DNA of 64,000 nucleotides from Gemmatimonas sp. (GTDB lineage Bacteria > Gemmatimonadota > Gemmatimonadetes > Gemmatimonadales > Gemmatimonadaceae): the NCBI GenBank assembly GCA_965279375.1, contig OZ257156.1, positions 480,001 to 544,000 of the forward strand. Reading direction: 5' to 3'. Positions 26,150 to 36,637 of this stretch are shown here, piece after piece. Every line of letters starts with the position of its first letter. Position 1 is the stretch's first letter. The translations under genes were made by a program, and so were the position numbers. The notes beneath the pieces are model-generated. The model searched no databases. It was not told where the DNA came from and saw only the letters and a program-made list of their open reading frames with translations.

Positions 26150-27526
26150 ATGACTGCATCACCGTATCGTATCCGCGTCGGATTGGCGCTCAGCGCACTG
26201 ACGCTTGCGGCCTCCTGTTCCAGCGTTCGCGACAGCTTGCTCGAGCCACAGCAACCTGGCGTTATCGGTCCGGAAGCCACCGAGTCACCCACCGCGGCCG
26301 ACGCCCTGCGCAAGGGAGCGCTGAGTCGCTTGCGCGCGGCCACCGTGGGTGGTGAAAGCATCTGGCTGCTCGCCGGGCTCCTGGCCGACGAATGGAAGTC
26401 CGGCGACACCTTCTCGCAGCGCAACGAGACGGATCAGCGCGTTGTGCAGACGAACAACGCCAATGTCTCGTCGATGTATGTGACGCAACACCGTGCCCGT
26501 GGCGCCGCCTACGACGCGCTCGCCGCACTGCGGAAATTCGCTCCGGACACCGTCTCCAAGCAGGCGCAGATGTACTGGGTCATGGGCGTCGCCGAGCTCG
26601 GATTGGCCGAGAACTTCTGCAGTGGCGTGCCCTATGGGTTCCTGGTGGATGGCATTCCCACCTACACCGATCCGCTCACCACGGCACAGGGATTCGCGCT
26701 GGCGCTCACGCACCTCGACTCCGCCCTCACGCTGGCCGCAGCCAGTGACACCTTCACCGTTGCCGTGCGCAACGCGATCCAGATTTCACGCGCACGCGCA
26801 CTGGTGAACATCGGTGGTGCCGCGAACTTCGCGCTCGCGGCCACTGCAGCCGCCAGCGTGCCTACCAGCTTCCAGTACCTGCAGACGTTCTCGCTGACCA
26901 CCACGGACAACGCCGTCTGGTCACTCAACAACAGCCAGAAGCGGTGGGTGGTGGGCGACAGCTTCGATACGGGTGGGCTCATCCAGAACGCGATTCCGTT
27001 CGCCTCCTCCAACGATCCGCGCGTGCCCAAGACGGGCACCACGCTCAACAGCACGTTGCTGCGTGCGTTCGACACGAGCACGTGGTTCGTGCAGCAGACT
27101 ATCTACGGCCGCACCGATCCCGTACCGCTGGCCACGGGCATCGATGCGCGCCTCATCGAAGCCGAAGCGCGTCTGCAGGCGCAGGACATTCCGGGCATGA
27201 TGACGATCCTGAATGCGTTGCGTACGACGTCACAGCGCATCGGCGCGTATCAGGTGCCGGTGATGGCCGCGCTTCCTGCGCCCACCTCGCAGGCGGCGGC
27301 AGTCGACCTGTATTTCCGCGAGAAGGCGTTCTGGTCGTTCAGCCGTGGACAGCGTCTGAGCGACATGCGTCGGCTCATTCGGCAGTACGGACGCACGCAA
27401 GCGCAGGTGTTCCCCTCGGGGCAGTTCTTCAAAGGAGGCACGTACGGGACCGACGTGAACTTCCCCGTCACGACCGACGAGACGCCCAATCCGAAGTGGA
27501 AGGGATGCATCGATCGTAACGCCTGA
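26150..27526 (+). CDS. SusD/RagB-like surface lipoprotein
   Basis: Lipobox AASC, LIEAEARL, E...W....GQRLSDMRR and FP...DE..NP motifs, directly after susC. Confidence 0.9.
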   Translation: MTASPYRIRVGLALSALTLAASCSSVRDSLLEPQQPGVIGPEATESPTAADALRKGALSRLRAATVGGESIWLLAGLLADEWKSGDTFSQRNETDQRVVQTNNANVSSMYVTQHRARGAAYDALAALRKFAPDTVSKQAQMYWVMGVAELGLAENFCSGVPYGFLVDGIPTYTDPLTTAQGFALALTHLDSALTLAAASDTFTVAVRNAIQISRARALVNIGGAANFALAATAAASVPTSFQYLQTFSLTTTDNAVWSLNNSQKRWVVGDSFDTGGLIQNAIPFASSNDPRVPKTGTTLNSTLLRAFDTSTWFVQQTIYGRTDPVPLATGIDARLIEAEARLQAQDIPGMMTILNALRTTSQRIGAYQVPVMAALPAPTSQAAAVDLYFREKAFWSFSRGQRLSDMRRLIRQYGRTQAQVFPSGQFFKGGTYGTDVNFPVTTDETPNPKWKGCIDRNA

Positions 27527-27535
27527 CCAGTTGTA

Positions 27536-27567
27536 TGCGGCGCGTCTCACTCCAGAGACGCGCCGCA
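27536..27567. terminator. 13-bp perfect hairpin between convergent genes
   Basis: TGCGGCGCGTCTC-ACTCCA-GAGACGCGCCGCA, with no strong U-tract. Confidence 0.65.
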
Positions 27568-27584
27568 GGTCGCGGTCCAGCCGA

Positions 27585-28241
27585 TCAGTTCTTCTCCGGC
27601 ACCGTGTCCAGGATCCGCTGTAGTTCGCCGATCTCGTCGTCGTTCACGAGATGCCCCATGCCCGCGTAGAGCGTGGCCGTCACCTGCGCACCCAGTCGCG
27701 TGAACACCGCCGCGCTGTCGGTCACGCGCTCCTTGGGAATGTGGCCGTCGATGTCGCTGCAACCAAAGAACATCGGCATCGTGCCATAGTCGCCGGTGAC
27801 GTCGTCCCACGTGGTGCCCGGCGGCCCGATCAAACCACCGCTGAAGATCACGACGCCGCCGTAGCGCCGCGGAAAGCGCAGGGCGAACTCGGAGGTCAGG
27901 CAGGCGCCCTGCGAGAATCCCAGCAATACGATGCGCTCGGCGGGAACACCCTGCGACATGAGCGAGGTGACGAGCGCTTCCAGCATGCGCAGCGCTGAAC
28001 TCAACGAGGGCTCGTTGCGCTCGCGCGGCTCCATGAAGCCGTAGGGATACCACGTGCCACCAGCGGCGGCCGGCATCACGACCGCGACATTCGGTCGGTC
28101 GAACCGCGGCATCAGCTCGACGATATTCTTGGGCGCGGCATTGCGGCCGTGGACCATGATCAACACTGCGGCAGCATCGGCGATTGGCGCACCGGCATAC
28201 ACGGGCGGTTGATCGGCGTGGGGATCGGGGGACGTGTGCAT
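27585..28241 (-). CDS. Phospholipase/carboxylesterase (alpha/beta hydrolase)
   Basis: VHGR, WYP, GFSQGA, D.HIP and GMGH motifs. Start 28241 or 28277. Confidence 0.9.
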   Translation of the reverse strand: MHTSPDPHADQPPVYAGAPIADAAAVLIMVHGRNAAPKNIVELMPRFDRPNVAVVMPAAAGGTWYPYGFMEPRERNEPSLSSALRMLEALVTSLMSQGVPAERIVLLGFSQGACLTSEFALRFPRRYGGVVIFSGGLIGPPGTTWDDVTGDYGTMPMFFGCSDIDGHIPKERVTDSAAVFTRLGAQVTATLYAGMGHLVNDDEIGELQRILDTVPEKN

Positions 28242-28338
28242 GCGTGGAATGTGCGTGTCGAGCGCGCGGTCGGCCATGCTCGCAGATTTCCATCGTCCGC
28301 CTCCAGTTCGTGTACGCGTTCCGCCACCGGAGTTGGCC

Positions 28339-29892
28339 CTGCAACCCATCGAACGATTCTACCGACGCGCCGACGCGCACCCGGAGCGCATCGCGCTCCT
28401 CAGTGCAGATGGCGCGCGCACGCTTGGCGAGGCGTCACCACTGGGCATCAGCTACGGCGCGCTGCGCCAGATGGTGGACGCGATCGCCTGCGGACTGCAG
28501 GCGCTCGACCCAACACCAGGCAGCCGCGTTGGGATCTGTGCGAAGAACTCTGCGGAGCACCTGATCGCGCTGCTTTCCACCTATGCCGCAGGCAAAGTGT
28601 GGGTGCCGCTCAGTCCGCGGAATGGGCGCGCCGAGCTGCATGCGATGCTCGCTGCCACGCGACCGGCCATCGTGATTTCAGATGTGGCGAGCATGCCGCT
28701 TGTGGCGTCGAGCGGTGCGATATGCGTAGTGGCGGACGCCGAGCCGGACACCGCCGCGACGCGTGAGTCGACGCCTTCGCTCATCGGCATGTGGCGACGC
28801 TTCGCCGGGGGCACACCGGCCGCTCATGCGCGCGGCGACGAGGATGCACAGATCATCAAGTTCAGCGGCGGCAGTACGGGCGCGCCCAAACCGGTGGTGC
28901 AGTCGGTGCGGTGCCTGCATGCGCAGGCCGATGGACTGCGCGACTTCTTCGAGTTTGCCGACGACGACGTGAACCTCATCGCCGCGCCGCTCACGCACGG
29001 TGCTTCGTGCTTCGTGCTGCCCATTCTCGAGCGCGGTGGAAGGCACGTGATGCTCGCCGAGCCCAAAGCGCCGATGGTGCTCGCGGCCATCGCCGCGCAT
29101 GGTGTGACCACGATGTACGCACCGCCCACACTGCTCTACGCCATCATGGAGCAGGAGGAGGCGCCGCGTGAGGCGCGCGCGTCGCTCCGGCATGTGATCT
29201 ACTCCGCTGCGCCGATGACGCCGGAGCGGATTCGCGAGTGCCAGCGTTTCTTCGGACCGGTTGTCGAAACCGCCTACGGCCAGGTGGAGGCGCCACAGAT
29301 CATCAGCGGCATGCGTGCCGCGGAGCTGCTGGACGACGCCAATCTGACGTCCGTCGGGCGCCCCTCGCCTGTGGTACAGGTGGGCATCATGTCACCTAAC
29401 GGTGAACTGCAGCCCGACGGCGAGGAGGGGGAGATCGTCGTGCGTGGGCCGCTGCTGATGAGCGGGTATCTCGATCGCGCCGACGAAACGGCGCGCGCGC
29501 TGGTGGACGGTTGGCTGCACACCGGCGACGTGGGGCTGCTTGACGCACGCGGCTACCTGTTCATTCGCGGGCGCTTGCGCGAGACGATCAACAGCGGGGG
29601 CTTCAAGATCTTTCCGGGCGACGTGGATGCGTCGCTGCAGCGACATCCGGCGGTGGCGGAGGCAGCGGCGTTTGGCATGGACGACGCCAAGTGGGGCGAG
29701 GCGGTGCACGCCGCCGTGGTGCTGGCGCCGGGCGCCGTGGCGACCGCGGAGGAACTCATCGCGCACGTGAAGCAGGAACTGGGTTCGGTGAAGGCGCCCA
29801 AGCGGATCTGGTGGCTGACTCAGTTGGAGCGCAACGCGGCCGGAAAGGTGAGTCGTGCCGGCGTGAAAGCAGCGGTGCTCAGGGACGCGTAG
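28339..29892 (+). CDS. AMP-dependent acyl-CoA synthetase
   Basis: FSGGSTGAPK, YGQVE, GWLHTGD, SGGFKIFP and GKV motifs. Start uncertain (28276, 28333 or 28339). Confidence 0.9.
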   Translation: MQPIERFYRRADAHPERIALLSADGARTLGEASPLGISYGALRQMVDAIACGLQALDPTPGSRVGICAKNSAEHLIALLSTYAAGKVWVPLSPRNGRAELHAMLAATRPAIVISDVASMPLVASSGAICVVADAEPDTAATRESTPSLIGMWRRFAGGTPAAHARGDEDAQIIKFSGGSTGAPKPVVQSVRCLHAQADGLRDFFEFADDDVNLIAAPLTHGASCFVLPILERGGRHVMLAEPKAPMVLAAIAAHGVTTMYAPPTLLYAIMEQEEAPREARASLRHVIYSAAPMTPERIRECQRFFGPVVETAYGQVEAPQIISGMRAAELLDDANLTSVGRPSPVVQVGIMSPNGELQPDGEEGEIVVRGPLLMSGYLDRADETARALVDGWLHTGDVGLLDARGYLFIRGRLRETINSGGFKIFPGDVDASLQRHPAVAEAAAFGMDDAKWGEAVHAAVVLAPGAVATAEELIAHVKQELGSVKAPKRIWWLTQLERNAAGKVSRAGVKAAVLRDA

Positions 29893-29946
29893 ATTCCTGA
29901 AGCCTGATAACCGTCGCGTGCCGATGAACGGCTCAGCGCGTCGAAC

Positions 29947-31395
29947 ATGACTTTGACTTCACGGACCACGCAGATGGCTGATCGCACGTTGACGACGGAC
30001 TATCTGATCATCGGCGCAGGCGCGGTATCGATGGCATTCGTCGACACGCTTCTGACGGAAAGTGATGCGGACGTCATCATGGTGGATCGGCGACACCGCT
30101 GCGGAGGCCACTGGAACGATGCGTATCCATTCGTGCGGCTGCATCAGCCGTCGGCGTACTATGGCGTCGCGTCGCGCGATCTGAGCAGCTGGACGATGGA
30201 GTCGACTGGTCCGAACGCGGGGATGTATTCGCTCGCGTCGGGCGCCGAGGTCTTGGCGCACTTCGACAACGTCATGCACGAACGGTTTCTGGCGTCGGGG
30301 CGCGTGCGGTTTCTGTCGATGAGCGAGTACTCCGAAGGCCCGGACGGTGCCCATGTCGCGCGCTCACTCACAAGCGGCGAGACGACGACCATCAGCGTGC
30401 GGAAGAAAGTTGTCGATGGCCGGTTGATGAACACGCAGATTCCGTCCACACATCCGCCGAAGTATCGAGTCGCTGACGACGTTCTGTGCATCCCGCCCAA
30501 CGGGCTGACCAATCTGCGGCGACCGTACGCCAACTACACAGTGGTTGGCGCCGGCAAGACCGCCATCGATGCGTGCCTGTGGCTGCTGACGAACGACGTG
30601 GCGCCTTCGCGGATTCGCTGGATCATGCCACGCGACCCGTGGTTACTCGATCGCGCCAACTTCCAACCCGGCATCGAACGATTCGAAGCGACGGGCGGGG
30701 CCCTCGCCGGCCAGTTCGAGTCGATCGCCGAGTCGGCCTCCATCGATGACCTGCTCGCACGGCTCGAGACCCGCGGCTTACTCATGCGCGTCGACTCTGC
30801 TGTCACGCCAACGATGTACCACTGCGCGGTCGTGTCCCGCGGCGAAATGGCGCTACTCCGCGGCATCACCGATGTCGTCCGCATGGGGCGCGTGCAGTCG
30901 ATCGAGCCATCACGCCTGGTGCTCGACGGGGGTTCGCTCGATGCGGACCCGGATTCGCTCTACATCGACTGCAGCGCGAGCGCGATCCCCTCAGGAAGTC
31001 GCGAGCGGCACATCACCTTTGCCGGTAATCGGATCAACTTGGTGATGATCCGACTCTGCCAGCCGTGCTTCAGCGCAGCGGCCATCGCGTGGGTCGAATG
31101 TCACGTCGACGATCCGTCAGCGCAGAATGCGCTCTGCGCACAGGTACCGGCACCAGATGTACCGGCCGACTGGTTGCGCATGTGGGCCGCCACCCTACAG
31201 AACATGCGCGCTTGGCGTCAGCATCCTGAATTCGACGCGTGGTTGGGTGCGCTTCGCCTCAACAGCGCCGTCACGATGTTACGCGGCGGCACCCGCGAGG
31301 ATCCGGCGGTACAAGCGCGGCTCGGCGCCATCGGGGCCTCGTCGCAGGCGGCTGCGGCCGCGCTCCCACGCCTGCTCGCCACGCTGCAGGGGTAG
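29947..31395 (+). CDS. NAD(P)/FAD-dependent oxidoreductase
   Basis: DYLIIGAGA, GGHWNDAYPFVRLHQPS and VVGAGKTAID motifs. Start 29947 or 29974. Confidence 0.85.
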   Translation: MTLTSRTTQMADRTLTTDYLIIGAGAVSMAFVDTLLTESDADVIMVDRRHRCGGHWNDAYPFVRLHQPSAYYGVASRDLSSWTMESTGPNAGMYSLASGAEVLAHFDNVMHERFLASGRVRFLSMSEYSEGPDGAHVARSLTSGETTTISVRKKVVDGRLMNTQIPSTHPPKYRVADDVLCIPPNGLTNLRRPYANYTVVGAGKTAIDACLWLLTNDVAPSRIRWIMPRDPWLLDRANFQPGIERFEATGGALAGQFESIAESASIDDLLARLETRGLLMRVDSAVTPTMYHCAVVSRGEMALLRGITDVVRMGRVQSIEPSRLVLDGGSLDADPDSLYIDCSASAIPSGSRERHITFAGNRINLVMIRLCQPCFSAAAIAWVECHVDDPSAQNALCAQVPAPDVPADWLRMWAATLQNMRAWRQHPEFDAWLGALRLNSAVTMLRGGTREDPAVQARLGAIGASSQAAAAALPRLLATLQG

Positions 31396-31418
31396 CGTCC
31401 GCGCGCGGTCTGCCCGCC

Positions 31419-31889
31419 TCAGACCCCGAACTGCCGCAAGTGATGATCGAGGTGCTTGGACATCAGCGCGTTCCACTCCGACGACGTGAGCGGACCGAAC
31501 GACAGTGACTCGCGCCCCTCGAACCGGGTGCGACCCTCGGCGGCGACACGCTGCAGATACGCAATCAGCCGGTCGCGTTCTGCCGCGAACTCGCGCTCAT
31601 CGGTGATGCGAAAGGCCGGCGCGGTGGGAGTGCCCTGCGAGTACGGTACCGGGCCGATCACGCGGTCCTTCACCAACGTGCGCAGCACCCAGCGCATGAC
31701 GGGATTCGGACGTGGATGCTTGTCGGTGTAGACCATCTCGTACGTCACGCAGCAGTGCGCCAACATCTGCGCAACGGTCATTTTCCCCCAGACGGGCCGC
31801 GAGTCCGGCGTGAGCGCGTTGATGCGCGCGATCGCGTGGTCCAGCGTCTGGGCATCGAACAGGTCGGGAAACGTTCCGATAGTCGGCAC
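31419..31889 (-). CDS. DUF1569 (DinB-like) protein
   Basis: WGKMTVAQMLAH, FGPLT..EW and KHLDHHLRQFG motifs. Confidence 0.9.
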   Translation of the reverse strand: MPTIGTFPDLFDAQTLDHAIARINALTPDSRPVWGKMTVAQMLAHCCVTYEMVYTDKHPRPNPVMRWVLRTLVKDRVIGPVPYSQGTPTAPAFRITDEREFAAERDRLIAYLQRVAAEGRTRFEGRESLSFGPLTSSEWNALMSKHLDHHLRQFGV

Positions 31890-32074
31890 GGCGGCTCCTT
31901 GGCGTTCGGGGAATGTCGTTGGCGCTTGGCGCGCGACGAGAACAACTTATCGCGCCTGCGATCGACTCGGGAGCAACGGCAGCGATCGAGTTAGACGATC
32001 GATACAGGCGGCTACTCACTGCGGCAGGAGCAAGTTGCGCCTGCACGTGCCACTCTGCGGAGGCAAGCATCGTG

Positions 32075-33160
32075 ATGACGATTCATCGACTGCTGGTTGC
32101 TGGCGTGCTCTCTGGCGTCGCTGTCGCGCCACTCGCCGCGCAAGCCGCGACAGAGATCAAGTTCGACGCAAATGCCTCACCACTGACGCTGCCCCCATCG
32201 CTGCACTTCGGCGAAGTCACCGGCATCGACATCGATCAGCGACGCCATGTGTACGTCTTCACACGCACCGGCGCGCGCAGCAGCGTGCACGATGGCGCGG
32301 CCTCGCAGCTGTTCGAGTTTGGCCCGGACGGCAGATACATCCGAGAGATTGGAAAGGATCTGTACGGATTCTCCTTTGCGCACACCGTCCGCGTCGACCC
32401 GCAAGGCAACATCTGGACGAGCGACGAAGGCACGAACATGATCGTGAAGTTCAGTAACGCAGGCCGAGTCCTGATGACGCTGGGCAGACGCGATGAGGCC
32501 GTTGAAGAGCCCGCGCCGCACGTACCCGGTGCACCCGAGCCGCCACCGCGCTGGGGCGGATTCAATCGCCCAACCGATGTCGCGTGGGACAACGATGGCA
32601 ACGTCTTTGTCGCCGACGGCTACAACAACTCGCGCGTCGTGAAGATCGACAAGCATGGCCGCTGGCTCAAGACGTGGGGCGAACGCGGCAAAGAGCCGGG
32701 GCAGTTCAACATTCTGCACACCATCGCCAGCGATGCGAAGGGCAACATCTACGTCGGTGATCGCACGAATCGCCGCATCCAGGTGTTCGACCCCAACGGC
32801 ACCTTGCTGCGCGTCATGACCATCGATGTGCCGTACACCAAGGAAGTGAACGTCATGCTCGGCGCTCAGCCGCGCCCGGGAACGAGCGCACTCGGTGCAT
32901 CGGGAGCACCGTGGGCCATCTGCATCACGAAAGGCCCGACGCAGTATCTCTACAGCTCCGACGCGGTCCCCGGTCGCATCTACAAGCTCACGCTCGATGG
33001 CAAGGTGCTTGGCGTGATGGGAGACGCGGGCAAGCGCGTGGGCGAGTTCGGCTGGATCCACCAGATCGCCTGCCCATCGGAGAATGAGCTATGGATCGGC
33101 GAGATCCTCAACTGGCGGGTGCAGAAGCTGACGCTGCATCCGACCAAGGAGCAGCGGTAA
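32075..33160 (+). CDS. Exported NHL-repeat protein, PAL-like (peptidyl-alpha-hydroxyglycine amidating lyase family)
   Basis: AHTVRVD, FNRPTDVAWD..GNVFVADGY.NSRVVK, GQFNILH and DR.NRRIQVF motifs, GGAGG RBS. Confidence 0.85.
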   Translation: MTIHRLLVAGVLSGVAVAPLAAQAATEIKFDANASPLTLPPSLHFGEVTGIDIDQRRHVYVFTRTGARSSVHDGAASQLFEFGPDGRYIREIGKDLYGFSFAHTVRVDPQGNIWTSDEGTNMIVKFSNAGRVLMTLGRRDEAVEEPAPHVPGAPEPPPRWGGFNRPTDVAWDNDGNVFVADGYNNSRVVKIDKHGRWLKTWGERGKEPGQFNILHTIASDAKGNIYVGDRTNRRIQVFDPNGTLLRVMTIDVPYTKEVNVMLGAQPRPGTSALGASGAPWAICITKGPTQYLYSSDAVPGRIYKLTLDGKVLGVMGDAGKRVGEFGWIHQIACPSENELWIGEILNWRVQKLTLHPTKEQR

Positions 33161-33168
33161 CGCCCGGA

Positions 33169-33987
33169 CTATCGAGACGGTGTAGACGCGAGCATCGCGC
33201 TGACCAACTCCTTCACGATCTTCGCGGCCACCATCGCCGTCAGCCCGCTCGCATCGCGCTGCGGATTGAATTCCACCACGTCCGCGCCAACAATGTGGCC
33301 CGCGCACTGCTGAATCATCGTCAGCACTTCGCGGGTGGAGAGTCCGCCCGGCTCCCAATGCGAGACACCGGGCGCAAACGCTGGGTCGAGCCCGTCCATG
33401 TCCATGGAGATGTAGACGGGCTCCGCGATCACGGGGCGCACGCCCGCGGTCCAGGCACGCATGTCGATGACTTCCACGCCAAACCGATCTGCCTGCGCCC
33501 GTTGGTGCGGCGTCAGCGTGCGGATGCCTACCTGAACCAGCCGCGACGCGAGACCTTCTTCCATGATGCGTGCGAAGGGGCACGCATGTGAGTAGCGGTC
33601 TCCCTCGAACTCGTCGTACAGATCGGCGTGCGCATCGATGTGCAGAATCGTCGGGCGCGGATACACCGCATTCACCGCGCGCAGCACGGGATACGTCACG
33701 GAGTGGTCGCCGCCGAGTGCGAGCGATCGCGCACCGGTAGCGAGTACCGCAGCAATGCCTCGCTCGATCTCGGCGCGAGCGCTGGCGTCAGGCTCGAGCA
33801 CCAGGTCACCGGCGTCGCGGAATGCCTGCGCATCCGAAAGATCCTGAAGCGACTCGGTCCAGCTATTCCCGGACGGCGAACGTAGCGCGGCGCGGATGTG
33901 CTGCGGTGCCTCGGCCGCGCCGCGCATGAATGAGGAGCTGGCGTCGTACGGAAGCCCAATCAGCGCGACTGGTGTGGCTGGCATCAT
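33169..33987 (-). CDS. speB: Agmatinase (ureohydrolase family)
   Basis: GGDHS, HIDAHAD, SHA.PF, DMDGLDP..APG and DVVEFNP motifs. Confidence 0.85.
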   Translation of the reverse strand: MMPATPVALIGLPYDASSSFMRGAAEAPQHIRAALRSPSGNSWTESLQDLSDAQAFRDAGDLVLEPDASARAEIERGIAAVLATGARSLALGGDHSVTYPVLRAVNAVYPRPTILHIDAHADLYDEFEGDRYSHACPFARIMEEGLASRLVQVGIRTLTPHQRAQADRFGVEVIDMRAWTAGVRPVIAEPVYISMDMDGLDPAFAPGVSHWEPGGLSTREVLTMIQQCAGHIVGADVVEFNPQRDASGLTAMVAAKIVKELVSAMLASTPSR

Positions 33988-33997
33988 GAGCGGAGCC

Positions 33998-35593
33998 TTA
34001 GAGCGACATCATCGGCGCGACGAAGCGCCGCGACGAACGTTCGTACGCGTGTGCGAGTGCCAGCAGGCGCGCGTCGCTCCCAGGCAGCCCCACGAACGAG
34101 ATGTTGCCCGCGGGCATGCCGTCCGCGCCCATTCCGCTGGGCACGGAGACCTCCGGCAACCCTAACCAATTGCCGTAGCCAAGCGTCGTGCGCACATCCG
34201 GCCATTTGTCCACGGCCCGCGGCGCAGGAAACGGCATCGTGGGATAGACCATCGCTTCGATGCGTTGCGCCTTGAACGACGCCGCGAGCTGCGCCAGCAC
34301 GGTCTCGCGCGATCGCGCGAACGAGACACCAGCTGCATCACGCTCGTACGGCTGATCGATGAGTGCAGCCATCGCCTTCCACTCTTTCGGCAGCACATCG
34401 TAGTACGCCTGATACGCGGCTAGTCCGCGTTCAACGTTGCGGCGCGCTTCGAGGCCATGCCGCTGGAAGTAACGAAGCAGCGCGTTGGCCGTGGCCGCGG
34501 GAGCGTTGGCATCGGGTGCGACGTCACCGCGCGCACGTGCCGCCGCCGCGAACTGATCGCGCACGTCGACGCGCGTGACCGAGGGCACGAACGACTCCAC
34601 GCTCGCTCCGGCCTCACGCAAATCGGTCACCGCTCGATCGAACACCGACAGCGACTCGGCGGACATCTGCGCGCGTGGCACATGAATCTCCACGAGGCCA
34701 AGCCGCGCACCCGCGAGTGCATCGTCACGCAACCTCGACAGAAGACCAGTACGCCACGGCGTACGCAGCGCCAATCCGTCCGAGGCATCGGGTCCCGCAA
34801 TCGCATCGAGCAGCAGTGCCGCATCCGCCACCGAGCGGGCCAAGGGACCGTGCGTGTCGAGGTACGGCCATGTGGGGATGACTCCGGTGCGCGGCACGAG
34901 ACCAAACGTCGGCTTCATGCCAACTACGCCGCAGAACTGGGCGGGAATACGATTCGATCCACCGTCATCGGTGCCAAGCGCGGCGAAGGCCATTCCGCAG
35001 GCAACCGCCACCGCGGATCCCGCACTCGAACCGCCGGGCGTCTTGATGCCGGCGGGATCGTACGGGTTGCGCACTTGTCCCGTCAGCGTACTGGTGCCGT
35101 TTCCGCGGTATGCGAAGTCGTCGGCAGCAGTCTTGCCGAGCACGAGTGCGCCGGCCGCACGCAGGCGCGCCACCTCGAGCGCGTTGCGCAGCAGCGGCGC
35201 GGGAAAGAGATGTGCCCACTCCGCGCTTGAGGCCGTCGTCGGCATGCCAACCATGTCATAGATCGACTTGGCGAAGACCGGTACACCATCCAGCGGGCCA
35301 CGCAGCGCGCGACGTCGGGCCCGCGCGTCGGATGCGCGCGCCTCGTTGAGCGCAGTCTCTGACAATCGATCGATCGCGTGCAGCGCAGTCCCCCAGGAGC
35401 TGCACCGCTCGAGCGCGCGCTTCGTCACCTCGACGGCGCTCCACGCGCCACGCAGGCGTCCCGCCTGATACTCGACGATGCTCCCGCCGAGCGGATCGAG
35501 GACAGGCTCGGCCATCCCCAACGGCCAGTCGATGAGCGGCAGGGCGAACAGCGCGCTGAGTTGCGCCAGCGCGTCGCGTCGAGTGGGAGACAT
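33998..35593 (-). CDS. Amidase-signature enzyme with Tat-like signal
   Basis: N-terminal TRRDAL, then GPLDGVPVFAK, GGSSAGS and GTDDGGSNRIPA (Lys-Ser-Ser triad). Confidence 0.9.
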   Translation of the reverse strand: MSPTRRDALAQLSALFALPLIDWPLGMAEPVLDPLGGSIVEYQAGRLRGAWSAVEVTKRALERCSSWGTALHAIDRLSETALNEARASDARARRRALRGPLDGVPVFAKSIYDMVGMPTTASSAEWAHLFPAPLLRNALEVARLRAAGALVLGKTAADDFAYRGNGTSTLTGQVRNPYDPAGIKTPGGSSAGSAVAVACGMAFAALGTDDGGSNRIPAQFCGVVGMKPTFGLVPRTGVIPTWPYLDTHGPLARSVADAALLLDAIAGPDASDGLALRTPWRTGLLSRLRDDALAGARLGLVEIHVPRAQMSAESLSVFDRAVTDLREAGASVESFVPSVTRVDVRDQFAAAARARGDVAPDANAPAATANALLRYFQRHGLEARRNVERGLAAYQAYYDVLPKEWKAMAALIDQPYERDAAGVSFARSRETVLAQLAASFKAQRIEAMVYPTMPFPAPRAVDKWPDVRTTLGYGNWLGLPEVSVPSGMGADGMPAGNISFVGLPGSDARLLALAHAYERSSRRFVAPMMSL

Positions 35594-35693
35594 GGCTGAG
35601 CGTGAAAGGGTGCGACGGCGCGTACTCGTCCGAGGAAATTGCCCGCTTGCGTGGTCGCTCGGAAGAAGCGCTCACGTCCGCACCGCATTTGGC

Positions 35694-35709
35694 TGGCTCA
35701 CAACGTGCA
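35694..35709 (+). promoter_or_regulatory. Candidate sigma54 -24/-12 promoter
   Basis: TGGCTCACAACGTGCA has GG-N10-GC spacing, about 55 bp upstream of the PEP-CTERM gene. Confidence 0.5.
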
Positions 35710-35764
35710 GTGCGGGGTGGAGCCCGAGAACGTCTGAGGTTCGACCATCGCCACCCTCCGTCCG

Positions 35765-36637
35765 ATGAAGACCATGCGCAGCGCCTCTCGCCCGAACTCC
35801 CGCACGCTGCTGGTGATCTTGCTGGCCTCCGCATCCGCGGCAGTGCACGCCATGAGCCCGAGCGCGCTTGCGGCACAGCAACCTCTGCGCTATGCGCAGA
35901 CTTTCGCGGTACTCGGCGCGTCAACCGTCACGAACACGGGAGCGACAACACTGCTTGGCGATCTTGGTGTTTCCCCGGGTCAGAGCATCACGGGTCTCGG
36001 TACCATGTCGATCATCGGGACGGTGCACCAAGCCGACGGCGTCGCGGCACAGGCGCAGGCGGACGGCGGCGGCGGCGCGTTCAACCTGTTCGGCGGCCTC
36101 ACCAGTACAGCGAACCTCTCCGGGCAGGACCTTGGCGGACTCGTGCTCACCCCCGGCGTCTACACGTTCAACAGCAGCGCACAACTCACCGGTCAGCTCG
36201 TCCTCGACTTTCTTGGCGCGCCCGACGCGCGCTTCGTCTTTCAGATCGGCAGCGCGCTAACGACCGCGAGTAGCTCAGCGGTGACTGTGCGCAATGTCGG
36301 CGACGGAGGCGGCGTATACTGGCGGGTCGGAAGCTCTGCAACGCTCGGCAGTGGAAGCTTGTTTGTCGGCAACGTGATCGCGGACCAGAGCGTCACCGTC
36401 AGCACGAACACCACCGTCTGTGGACGTGTCATCGCGTTGCGCGGCGCGGTGACGCTCGACGCCGATCGCATATTCAACAGCTGCCACGCACAGTCCCTGT
36501 CCGGCATCGACGACGGCCGGAGCCTTGGCTTCTCCGGAGCTCGCGTTGCTGTCGTACCGGAGCCGTCAACGTATGCACTGATGACCGCAGGTCTGGTGGC
36601 GCTGGCTATCGCTGCGCGTCGCCGCTCGCCGCGCTAG
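35765..36637 (+). CDS. DUF3494 ice-binding-like protein with PEP-CTERM sorting signal
   Basis: [44 protein letters not shown] and [11 protein letters not shown] motifs. C-terminus [24 protein letters not shown]. Confidence 0.92.
   Translation: MKTMRSASRPNSRTLLVILLASASAAVHAMSPSALAAQQPLRYAQTFAVLGASTVTNTGATTLLGDLGVSPGQSITGLGTMSIIGTVHQADGVAAQAQADGGGGAFNLFGGLTSTANLSGQDLGGLVLTPGVYTFNSSAQLTGQLVLDFLGAPDARFVFQIGSALTTASSSAVTVRNVGDGGGVYWRVGSSATLGSGSLFVGNVIADQSVTVSTNTTVCGRVIALRGAVTLDADRIFNSCHAQSLSGIDDGRSLGFSGARVAVVPEPSTYALMTAGLVALAIAARRRSPR

Noticed and set aside
28339..33160. Acyl-CoA ligase, flavoprotein and PAL-like genes as a secondary-metabolite cluster
   Set aside because: There is no carrier protein, condensation or ketosynthase domain or precursor peptide, and an opposite-strand gene interrupts the run.
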